A DNA stretch of 39,830 nucleotides, from contig JBGPQV010000023.1 in the NCBI GenBank assembly GCA_041489255.1, forward strand, positions 1 to 39,830, in the 5' to 3' direction. This document shows, piece after piece, positions 1 to 7,830 of this stretch; the first letter of the stretch is position 1, and the number at the start of each line of letters is the position of its first letter. The notes beneath the pieces were generated by a model, which saw only the letters and a program-made list of their open reading frames with translations, did not search any database and had not been told where the DNA came from. Both the position numbers and the translations under genes were made by a program. This DNA comes from Thermoplasmata archaeon (GTDB lineage: Archaea; Thermoplasmatota; Thermoplasmata; RBG-16-68-12; JAFNFQ01).

Positions 1-86
1 GCTCAATGAAGATGACGACGATCTACCTGAACGAGCTCGCAAGGGGTACGCGAGAGGACATAAGCTCGCACCCTGTTAGATATTAA
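1..86 (+). CDS. 3' end of a gene entering the window; possibly the C-terminus of a tyrosine recombinase (XerA/integrase-like)
   Basis: Frame from position 3 reads SMKMTTIYLNELARGTREDISSHPVRY-stop (TAA 84-86). S-x3-T-x-IY resembles the tail of the tyrosine-recombinase (L)GH-x5-T-x2-Y motif, but the His would lie outside the window. Confidence 0.3.
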   Translation, partial: SMKMTTIYLNELARGTREDISSHPVRY

Positions 87-231
87 CGAATCCCTGTCGC
101 AAAAATGGCGATTAAGTCGCATGAAACGCTACACCGTCGGAGAGCCGATTGGCCTCTGGATCACGAGGCTCGTGAAGGCCATTCGCAAGAACTAAGACGA
201 TGGAGCGTGATAGAGGGCCGAAGTGGTCGCG

Positions 232-1179
232 ATGGCAAACAAGAAGCAAGCAGCGAGAAGGAACGCGGGTGGGAGAGATTCTCCAGCTCAGACTGGTCGG
301 ACTGCGCAGGAACTATCCGAGAGCTACAACAGGTTCTTCCGGGTCTGGTCCGGCATGAGCCAAGACATGGGGAACCAGGTAGGCCAGAACCTGAAGAAGC
401 GGCAGGCGACGTACGACGACTTCTTCGGGCGGTGGAACAAGCTCTCCGCCGAGGTCGGCAGCCGCCTGAGCAGGGAGCGCGCGAATGAAGGCGTGAGGGA
501 GTTCTACGACGTCTGGAAGAACTACGCCAGCAAGATGGGTCCGAGACTGCAGAAGGCCGTGACCGAGGGCCTGCAGGGATACGACACCGTCACTCAGAGC
601 CTCGACAAGTACACGCGGAAGATGAAAGAGCGGGCGCAAGGTCTCCTCGCCAAGCCTGAGGAACCGCGCAGCCTCGATGATCTCTACGGTGCCTGGCAGG
701 AGTTCGGGACGTCCACCAGGAAACAGATGCAAGGCGCGATGGGCCAGGGATTGGTGGAGGCTGACGAGTTGACCAGGACATGGCTCGACTTCAGCAACCG
801 CATGGATAAGCTGGTCTCAGATGTCGGCGGACAGGGCGCAGACTACGCCGATCTCGCGGAGCTCTGGCAGAAGTTCTCCAAGGAAATCGGGGGCTCTCTG
901 ATGTCCGTTGTGAACGGAACGGGCAAGGACATGGACAGTCTCCAGAAGACCTGGAACGACTACCACTCCAAGGTCGAGCGGGAGATGGTGCAGCTCGCCA
1001 GCGACGTCGGTATGAACTACCAGCAGCTCTACATTCGGTTCTTCGAGCAGCAGAGCGAGGCGTTGAACAGCCTCGGGCAGTGGTGGCAGACCGCGGTCGA
1101 AACGACGAGAAAGCAGCTCGGCGACATGCAGCGCAGGCCGCAGGAACGTGAGAAGAGGCCTGGAGAGACGAGACGCTAA
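232..1179 (+). CDS. All-helical amphipathic repeat protein, PhaE/phasin/apolipoprotein-like
   Basis: ATG 232 (GTG 223 alternative). About nine repeats such as YDDFFGRWNKLS, VREFYDVWKNYA, LDDLYGAWQEFG, ADELTRTWLDFS with Trp every 27-31 aa; resembles the EFYDxW motifs of PhaE. The CDS is clear, the function is tentative. Confidence 0.55.
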   Translation: MANKKQAARRNAGGRDSPAQTGRTAQELSESYNRFFRVWSGMSQDMGNQVGQNLKKRQATYDDFFGRWNKLSAEVGSRLSRERANEGVREFYDVWKNYASKMGPRLQKAVTEGLQGYDTVTQSLDKYTRKMKERAQGLLAKPEEPRSLDDLYGAWQEFGTSTRKQMQGAMGQGLVEADELTRTWLDFSNRMDKLVSDVGGQGADYADLAELWQKFSKEIGGSLMSVVNGTGKDMDSLQKTWNDYHSKVEREMVQLASDVGMNYQQLYIRFFEQQSEALNSLGQWWQTAVETTRKQLGDMQRRPQEREKRPGETRR

Positions 1180-1362
1180 TATCGCTGCGTCACCTTCGGA
1201 AATCGCAAGCCGGAGCACTACCTTCCGGTGACAGTCGGGAGACCGATATGCAGCCTCACTGATTAGCCCCGGCGATCACCCGCGATTCTTTTTGCCCACA
1301 ACCGTCCGATGCCCCCGCCAACAAGTCTCGGAATCGCTCCGTCCGGAGCGGAGACTCCCGCC

Positions 1363-1549
1363 ACCGCCAAGATCTACTACAACGATGGAACCGGACCCAT
1401 AACCCAGTCCTGGCGGGACTTACCCATTCATCGCGACCGACTCCACCCGGCGCATCCTCCTCATGGCGGGTGATTACAGCCTGAGGCCGACCGTGATAGA
1501 CGATAACGGCGGTACCTCGGAAGTCGTGATCATCCCGGTCATCCGTTGA
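1363..1549 (+). pseudogene. Decayed PKD-domain fragment
   Basis: TAKIYYNDG, a frameshift near 1390, then PDP*PSPGGTYPFIATDSTRRILLMAGDYSLRPTVIDDNGG. This matches the YYNDG..PDPYPSP.GTYPF...G.Y...TV.DDDGG pattern I recognise from Thermoplasmata PKD modules. TAA at 1400-1402 falls where Tyr is expected. Confidence 0.55.
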
Positions 1550-1697
1550 GAGCGGGAGCACCGCCATAATCAGAACATGACTGGACAGTGAACCCTCTTC
1601 CCCTTTGGCTCCTCGCGCTCCTGCCGCGGCTGGCCCAGCCAGCTGCGGACCCCCGTTGCAGTAATCACAATCGCATCATCAATATCCTCGATTATCG

Positions 1698-1840
1698 CTA
1701 CTCGACTAGCAATTCCCGGCCATACACCTTCCGCAGGAAGTCCGTCGAGAGACGATACCTCCGGTCACGCTTCTCCTCCTCGGAGAATATCGACATCGTC
1801 TGCTGCCGGCCAACACGGGGCGATGGAGACCAGAAACGCG
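1698..1840 (-). pseudogene. Possible relic of a DinB/Y-family polymerase C-terminus
   Basis: Minus frame reads QQTMSIFSEEEKRDRRYRLSTDFLRKVYGRELLVE-stop, preceded in another frame by RVSGL. Resembles the DinB tail (vsgL...QlslF...D.lr.kyG). No catalytic domain is present. Confidence 0.35.
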
Positions 1841-1880
1841 GGGAAGTGCATCGATGCGGCGGTTGGAGTCCTTGGCCTCT

Positions 1881-2420
1881 TCAGAAGCGACACTGCCCGA
1901 TGAGCTCTTCCGTGATCTGCGTCCTCTCGTCGAACGCGAGGAGGAGCTCGCGATGACATGAATTCCTGGAGAAGAAAAGGTGAGTGAGCACGCCGGCATC
2001 CTTGGCTGCCTGGACCGCGGGGACGAAGTCGCTGTCGCCCGTGACCACGACCGCCTTTTGTATCTGGTGATCCCAGCTCATCCTCACGAGATCCACGGAA
2101 AGCAGGACGTCGACGCGCTTCTGCTCGAACGAGGCTCCTTTTCTTGCGAGGCGACCGAAGCGAACCTCGAACCTAGGAAGGCACTGCAGTTTGTTGATCC
2201 ATTTCTGCGCACGCTCGTATCGCTCTGACTCCTTCCGCGTCGGGGGGTTTCCTTGGAAAGGCATACAGTAGTAGAGGTATGTCCTGAGCCGTTCGTAATC
2301 TGGCCCGACGAGGAGGTCTGAGAATTTCCTGAAGTCGAGTCTCGCCTCATCGAATTCATGCTTGAGTATCATCGCCAAGTATCCATTGTCGATGAATACA
2401 GCTGCTCGCATATCGTTCAT
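1881..2420 (-). CDS. NYN domain protein (LabA/DUF88, PIN-like fold)
   Basis: VFIDNGYL, EQKRVDVLLSVDL and VTGDSDFVPAVQAAKDAG are the conserved acidic motifs of the NYN/LabA family. Confidence 0.9.
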   Translation of the reverse strand: MNDMRAAVFIDNGYLAMILKHEFDEARLDFRKFSDLLVGPDYERLRTYLYYCMPFQGNPPTRKESERYERAQKWINKLQCLPRFEVRFGRLARKGASFEQKRVDVLLSVDLVRMSWDHQIQKAVVVTGDSDFVPAVQAAKDAGVLTHLFFSRNSCHRELLLAFDERTQITEELIGQCRF

Positions 2421-2578
2421 CTATTCGCATCCCATCTCATTGCATATAGGAACCTGCAGTTCCCTCGGGAACAGCAGGGCGTATTTCGAGGATAAGATGG
2501 TTCTCCGGTATATGAATACTTTGTGCAGAGTTATGGAATCCAGAAGCGAGTGAGATAATCGGGACGCGCGGAGACTCA

Positions 2579-5392
2579 TCAGCTCGGCGACTTTGGCGGC
2601 GACTCGCTCGGTTCCTCTGTCTCCTCTTCTTCCGCCTTCGGCTCCTCGGCGGCGGGCACCGCATCTTCCTTCTTCTTCCGTCTCATCAAGACCAGGATGA
2701 CTACCGCCGCAAGGACCGCGACCACTATCACGATGGCCAGCACTACGTAGATATCGAGACCCATCAACTCTCCTCCCGCATTCACCGAGAAGGAGTGCTC
2801 TCCCGTCTGCGGATGGCGGGCCTCGTTGCCCGCGTCGTCTGTCGCGTTGATGTAGTAGTAGACAGTGCCCGATTCTGATTGGGCAGGTATGGTGGCCTCG
2901 TATGTGTCGCCAGTTATCCTGATCATCCTGACTTCAATGAACGTCGTTGCGCCGACCGCCTTGTAATGTAGGCAGACAACCTTGACGCCGATGTCGTCGG
3001 TGACGTTGACGGTGATGATGATCGCCTTGTTGACGGGGACATCGCCGTGAGGCGTGTGCGTGATGAGTGGGGGTGTGTCATCATTCACCTCGACCTGCCT
3101 GGTCGCGTTGCTGACAAGCCCGCCAGTGTCCCTGACCTCGAGGCGGATCGTGTACGTCCCGGGCGCCGAGTACTGATGGTGCGCGGCCTTGGTCGTGGAC
3201 CATGTCGTATCCCAGACACCGTCGTCCTCCCAGTCCCAGCGGACCGACAGGGAGTCGAGCGTGTCCTCTAAGTCGCTCGATTGGGAAGCGTCCACCCAGA
3301 CCGAGAACGGAGGAGAGTCCAAGGGTGGTGGCATGAGAGCGATAGCAGCCAACGGCGGACTGTTGGCCTTCGTGACATTGACCGAGGCGACCGAAGAAGG
3401 ATTTCCGCTCCAGTCCCAGGCCATCATCTCAATCCGGTTCGCGCCCAGAGAAAGCTGGACGGACATGGTCCATGATTCTGTCCCGGAGGCGTTCTGCCAG
3501 ACCCCGCCGTTGATGCGCCCCACGACGCGGAAGAGACCGTCGGCTCCGCGATCATAGGCTGAGCCCGAGACGACGATTGATGCCTCGTAGACGACCACGC
3601 CCTCTGCGGGGGACTCGATTAACACCTCTGGCGGGAAGTCATCCGCGAGCGGGATGGACGTCATCAGCGGGTATCGATCCTCGCTGTCGAGGTCAAGAAC
3701 AAACGGTGTGTCCCCGATGCCATCGGGCGCCGGGCAGATGTCCTGATTCGGACCGCTGCAATTGTCAGCCCCGAGGAAATTCGACCAATGGTTACCTCCG
3801 CTAGGGTAGCCGTTGTCCCAGCGGTTCTGCGAACCCATGTCGTCCGCGGCCTGCGTGGGATGATGGTAAATGTCATTTAGGATGTTGTTGTGATGAACGG
3901 AGATGTCTCTGGAGCCCCAGAGGAGAATCGCCTCGTTGATATTGTTGTAGAGGCTGTTGTTGTACATTGAGACATTCGTCGAAGCTTCCGAACGGATTCC
4001 GTTCCCACTTGAGAAGGAGATGTTATTCGCGGCGACGGACACGTTTTTCGAGGACGTTAGGGTTATGCCATGCCAACTCGTTGAATTCATGGCGTTGCCA
4101 ATGAGGGAGACATTCGAGCTCTGATGGATCGCCAGCCCGTAGTACCGTGCGTCCGAGACGACGTTGGCGGACAGGGTCGCATTAGATGAGAATGCGAGCG
4201 CAATGCCGCAGAGCGTGGACTGGAGGGTGTTGCCCATCAAGGAGAGCCGAGTTGATGACCACACGCCGATTCCATAGAGTGTATCCGAAATGCGGTTCGC
4301 CATGAGAGCGATGTCGTTCCCGTAGGCCACCTGGATGGCCTGATCTGTATCGGAAATCTCGAGGTTTGCTATGTTCGCTCTGGTGCAGTTGGCCAAGAGC
4401 ACCTGTCCGACGGGGATGTCGTTTAGGACGAGATCCGTGCAATCCTTGTAGTAGAGGAGCGGTCTTCCGTTCACGCTGTTGTCCGAGACAATGGTGTGGG
4501 AAGCAAAGTGAGGGCCCGTCGTTCCAGAAAGGAGGACGCCGTCGGACAGTAGGATGTTTCCTGATAAATCGATTCCCGTGGAGGAAGCAAAGAGGATGCC
4601 AACATCTTCGTTCCGGGAGATGACATTGGCACCCAGGGAGACGTTTGACGAATGGTCGAGCAAGACGCCGTATCGGCCGTTGGCGGAAACGGTATTGGCT
4701 GTGAGCGTGACGTTAGTGGATGAGTAGATGGCAATCCCATCCACATCATTAGAAGAGATGTTGCTAGAGGAAATCGAAACTTGATTAGAGGAATCCAGAC
4801 GGATGCCCGCGCCCGGATTTGAGAAAGCACTTGTGTCGCTGATGGAGACGTTCGCAGACCAAGTTAGCCCGTAGCCATAGCCATTGTTGGAGGAGAGGGT
4901 GTTGCCTGCGAGGGTGATGTCCGCAGAGTAAGAGATAAAGACGCCGTACCCTCGGCTCGAGGCAATCGCGCTGCCCGTGATGAAGATGCGAGTCGAGGAG
5001 GCTACGTAGATGCCATACCAGTTGCCATCAGACGACACGTTCTCCAGAGCGCCATCTGCTACATTGACGAGCAGGACGCCCACATTAAGCAGCCCACCGG
5101 AGTGCACACGCCCGTTCCGGATGACGAAAACGGCATCCGTATCACGAACCTCGATTCCGTTCGCTGTCGAAGCATCGATCTCCCAACCCTCGATCACATA
5201 CGGATCCGATGGAGTCCCGCTTCCGCCTGTGATGCCATTAGCGACGGTGAAATCCCCATTGCCATTTATGAGAATCGGTGCATGGGGAGTGTAGGCCGAG
5301 GCTCCCGCAGGGATTGACACCAGAACCGACAAGGAGCTCAACACGAGAATCCCTAGAACGACCGATGACCGCATCTTCGTTACCGCAAGCAT
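2579..5392 (-). CDS. Cell-surface protein: right-handed beta-helix (NosD/CASH), Ig-like and PKD domains, C-terminal TM anchor
   Basis: Signal peptide (start may be ATG 5374); many GIxLxxSxNxxIxxN repeats; PSGGNHWSN..DGIGDTP..DRYPL cap; PKD motif WDWEDDG..HQYSAPGTYTIRLEVRDTGG; hydrophobic helix followed by RRKKK and an acidic tail. Confidence 0.85.
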   Translation of the reverse strand: MLAVTKMRSSVVLGILVLSSLSVLVSIPAGASAYTPHAPILINGNGDFTVANGITGGSGTPSDPYVIEGWEIDASTANGIEVRDTDAVFVIRNGRVHSGGLLNVGVLLVNVADGALENVSSDGNWYGIYVASSTRIFITGSAIASSRGYGVFISYSADITLAGNTLSSNNGYGYGLTWSANVSISDTSAFSNPGAGIRLDSSNQVSISSSNISSNDVDGIAIYSSTNVTLTANTVSANGRYGVLLDHSSNVSLGANVISRNEDVGILFASSTGIDLSGNILLSDGVLLSGTTGPHFASHTIVSDNSVNGRPLLYYKDCTDLVLNDIPVGQVLLANCTRANIANLEISDTDQAIQVAYGNDIALMANRISDTLYGIGVWSSTRLSLMGNTLQSTLCGIALAFSSNATLSANVVSDARYYGLAIHQSSNVSLIGNAMNSTSWHGITLTSSKNVSVAANNISFSSGNGIRSEASTNVSMYNNSLYNNINEAILLWGSRDISVHHNNILNDIYHHPTQAADDMGSQNRWDNGYPSGGNHWSNFLGADNCSGPNQDICPAPDGIGDTPFVLDLDSEDRYPLMTSIPLADDFPPEVLIESPAEGVVVYEASIVVSGSAYDRGADGLFRVVGRINGGVWQNASGTESWTMSVQLSLGANRIEMMAWDWSGNPSSVASVNVTKANSPPLAAIALMPPPLDSPPFSVWVDASQSSDLEDTLDSLSVRWDWEDDGVWDTTWSTTKAAHHQYSAPGTYTIRLEVRDTGGLVSNATRQVEVNDDTPPLITHTPHGDVPVNKAIIITVNVTDDIGVKVVCLHYKAVGATTFIEVRMIRITGDTYEATIPAQSESGTVYYYINATDDAGNEARHPQTGEHSFSVNAGGELMGLDIYVVLAIVIVVAVLAAVVILVLMRRKKKEDAVPAAEEPKAEEEETEEPSESPPKSPS

Positions 5393-5464
5393 GGCCCAGC
5401 TCCCTATGTTCGAATCTGAGCATGTCGATTGTCCATAATAAAAGTGAGCGTGGGAGAAGGCTCG

Positions 5465-6766
5465 TCACTTGCCGCCTTTCATCGGTTCCTTCGGCTCTAT
5501 CTTCTCCAGCCCGCCCATGTAGTCCCTCAACACCGGCGGCACCTCGAGCGAGCCATCCGCTCTCTGATAGTTCTCGAATATCGCCCTCAGAGCGCGTGAC
5601 GTCGCTATTGCGGTGCTGTTGAGCGTGTGCAGGAACCTCTTCTCCCCGCCGACCTTTCCGCACCTGACGTTCAGCCTGCGCGCCTGGTAGTCCGTGCAGT
5701 TGCTGCAGGAGACGACCTCCCCGTACGACTTCGTGCGGGGGAACCAGGCCTCGATGTCGTACTTCTTGGCGGCTATGGTCCCGATATCCCCCGTGCAGAC
5801 GTTCACCACCCTGTAGGGGAGGTTGAGCTGCTGGAAGAGCGCCTCCGCGTTGGACAGAAGCTCCTCGTGCATCTGCCAGCTCTCCTCCGGCCTGCAGAAG
5901 ACGAACTGCTCGATTTTGTTGAACTGGTGAATCCTGAAGAGCCCTTTCGTGTCGACGCCGTGCGCCCCTATCTCCTTCCTGAAGCACGTCGAGTAGCCCG
6001 CGAACTTCATCGGCAGCAAGTCCTCGTCGATTATCTCTCCCTGGTACATCGCGCCAATCGGGTGCTCCGAGGTCGCGATGAGGTACATGTCCTCTCCCTC
6101 GATCTTGTACATCATGCTCTCGAAGTCGCCGAGGTCCACGACGCCTTCATACGGCTCGCGACGGAGCATGTATGGCGGGAGCAGAGGCGTATAGCCCTTC
6201 TTCACGAGGTAATCAAAGGCGAACTGCACGATCGCGATGTCCATCAGCGCCAGCGGGCCCTTGAGGTAGAAGAACCCTGCGCCCGCCACCTTCCTCGCTC
6301 GTTCGAAGTCCGCGACGCCGAGGTGCTCCATGAACTCGCCGTGCGGCATCAACTCGAACGGCGGGACCTTCGGCTCGCCCCAGCGCTTGACCTCGACGTT
6401 GTCAGCGTCAGAGGCCCCTATGGGCACGGACTCGTGCAGGATGTTGGGGAGGCGCATCAGCCCGCGCGTGATCTTCTCCTTGAGGGCGTCGACCTCCTTT
6501 TCCGCCTTCTCGATCTCCAGGGGCAGGCGGGCGGCTTCCTCCACCTTCGCCTTCACGTCCTGCCCGGCCTTCTTGAGGTTCGCGACCTCCTTAGTGAGCT
6601 CGTTGCGCTTGCGGCGGAGATCCTCGACCAGCTTCAGCTCCGCCCGCCATTCCTCGTCCCAGGTGATGACGTGCTCGAGGAGTTGCATCTTCTCCGAAGC
6701 GCCACGCTTCTCGAGGTCCTGCCGGATGATGTCAGGCTTTTCCCTGACGAGCTTGATGTCTAGCAT
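5465..6766 (-). CDS. serS: Seryl-tRNA synthetase
   Basis: MLDIKLVRE N-terminal coiled coil, LIATSEHP, motif 2 FRKEIGAHGVDTKGLFRIHQFNKIEQF, EVVSCSNCTDYQARRL, HTLNSTAIA. Confidence 0.98.
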   Translation of the reverse strand: MLDIKLVREKPDIIRQDLEKRGASEKMQLLEHVITWDEEWRAELKLVEDLRRKRNELTKEVANLKKAGQDVKAKVEEAARLPLEIEKAEKEVDALKEKITRGLMRLPNILHESVPIGASDADNVEVKRWGEPKVPPFELMPHGEFMEHLGVADFERARKVAGAGFFYLKGPLALMDIAIVQFAFDYLVKKGYTPLLPPYMLRREPYEGVVDLGDFESMMYKIEGEDMYLIATSEHPIGAMYQGEIIDEDLLPMKFAGYSTCFRKEIGAHGVDTKGLFRIHQFNKIEQFVFCRPEESWQMHEELLSNAEALFQQLNLPYRVVNVCTGDIGTIAAKKYDIEAWFPRTKSYGEVVSCSNCTDYQARRLNVRCGKVGGEKRFLHTLNSTAIATSRALRAIFENYQRADGSLEVPPVLRDYMGGLEKIEPKEPMKGGK

Positions 6767-6790
6767 TCCGAGACCGGAGAAACGTCAGTC

Positions 6791-6883
6791 TATAAGTAAA
6801 CTTGTTGGCGGTTCGCGGGAGGCGAGAGACATGGCCATCCACCGCAAGAACCGGCGTGAGCGTTTACCCAATATGTATAAATA
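6791..6883. promoter_or_regulatory. Divergent TATA-box promoters for serS and rps3ae
   Basis: TATAAATA at 6876-6883 lies ~26 nt before the rps3ae ATG. On the minus strand TTTACTTATA (6791-6800) lies ~25 nt before the serS ATG. The spacing fits leaderless archaeal transcripts. Confidence 0.55.
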
Positions 6884-6908
6884 GAGTCGGCGGAATCGAC
6901 TCTTTCAC

Positions 6909-7652
6909 ATGGCTGAGAAGAAGACTAGGACCACCGCCAAGAAGGTCAAGGACAAGTGGAAGTCGAAGAGCTGGTACTCAATCCTCGCCCCTGACATGTT
7001 CAACCGCATGACGATAGGCGAGACCTTGACCGACGACCCGGCGAAGCTGCCCGGCCGCATAACCCAGGCGACCGCCCAGGACCTGACCGGGGACTTCAGC
7101 AAGATGCACATCAAGCTCATGCTCAAGGCGTTCGACGTCAGGGGCAACGAGATCTTCACGCAGTTCGTCGGGCACGACATGACCTCGGACTACATCAGGA
7201 GGCTCACGAGGCGCAAGAGGACCAGGACCGATTCCGTGATCGAGGTAATCACCAAGGACAACTGGAAGGTCAGGGTGAAGCCGATGGTCATCACCGACAG
7301 GAGGATCCAGTCGGCCAAGCAGACCGCCATCAGGGCGATCATGGTTAGGACCGTCAAGGAGATAGGCGGGAGGGGCACGATCGGCGACCTGGTGAGGGTG
7401 ATGATATCGGGCGAGCTCTCGAAGGAGATCGCGCAGGCATGCAAGAAGGTTCAGCCGATTTCCCGCGTAGAGATCAGGAAGTCGGAGGTCATCAGGATGG
7501 GCACGATACCGGAGCCCTCACCTCCAGCGCCGCCGCCCGAGGGCGCCGCGGAAGTCGAGGCGCCGGCGCCTCCTCCGCCGCCACCGGAGACTCCGCCACC
7601 GCCGCCGGAGCCCGCGCCTGAGGAGATTATCGATGAGGAGCCTGAGAGTTGA
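6909..7652 (+). CDS. rps3ae: 30S ribosomal protein S3Ae (eS1) with Pro/Glu-rich C-terminal extension
   Basis: KVKDKWKSKSWYSILAPDMF, DLTGDFSKMHIKL, DYIRRLTRRKRTR, RVEIRKSEV. Confidence 0.97.
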   Translation: MAEKKTRTTAKKVKDKWKSKSWYSILAPDMFNRMTIGETLTDDPAKLPGRITQATAQDLTGDFSKMHIKLMLKAFDVRGNEIFTQFVGHDMTSDYIRRLTRRKRTRTDSVIEVITKDNWKVRVKPMVITDRRIQSAKQTAIRAIMVRTVKEIGGRGTIGDLVRVMISGELSKEIAQACKKVQPISRVEIRKSEVIRMGTIPEPSPPAPPPEGAAEVEAPAPPPPPPETPPPPPEPAPEEIIDEEPES

Positions 7653-7654
7653 AA

Positions 7655-7759
7655 GTCGGGGTGGCTCAGCCTGGTGGAGCGTCGGACTCATAGGGTACGC
7701 TTCTGAAGAGGCGCTCCTGGGGCATCCGGAGGTCGCGGGTTCGAACCCCGCCCCCGACA
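7655..7759 (+). tRNA. tRNA-Met(CAU), elongator type, with a 31-nt intron at 37/38 (7693-7723)
   Basis: Acceptor stem GTCGGGG/CCCCGAC, D-arm GCTC..GAGC, anticodon stem TCGGA/TCCGG with CAT at 7689-7691, T-arm GCGGG-TTCGAAC-CCCGC. The intron forms a bulge-helix-bulge (CTCA/TGGG helix, TAG and GCA bulges). Confidence 0.93.
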
Positions 7760-7782
7760 CCTAACGCTGTTCACTCCCATCG

Positions 7783-7807
7783 TGCGGGAGAGCATTCTCC
7801 TCCCGCA
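7783..7807. terminator. Hairpin between the convergent tRNA-Met and the downstream gene
   Basis: TGCGGGAG (7783-7790) pairs perfectly with CTCCCGCA (7800-7807). Confidence 0.35.
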
Positions 7808-7830
7808 ATCCGGCCTTCGTTGTCGCCGAC

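Noticed and set aside
2579-5392. Nitrous-oxide reductase accessory NosD / nos cluster
   Set aside because: The beta-helix is a generic surface module fused to PKD and a TM anchor; no nosZ, nosF or nosY present.
5627-6763. Long antisense ORFs (also 7996-8958, 14072-15025, 19397-20446, 22533-23672, 34332-35114)
   Set aside because: Shadow frames opposite high-GC3 genes, with no motifs of their own.
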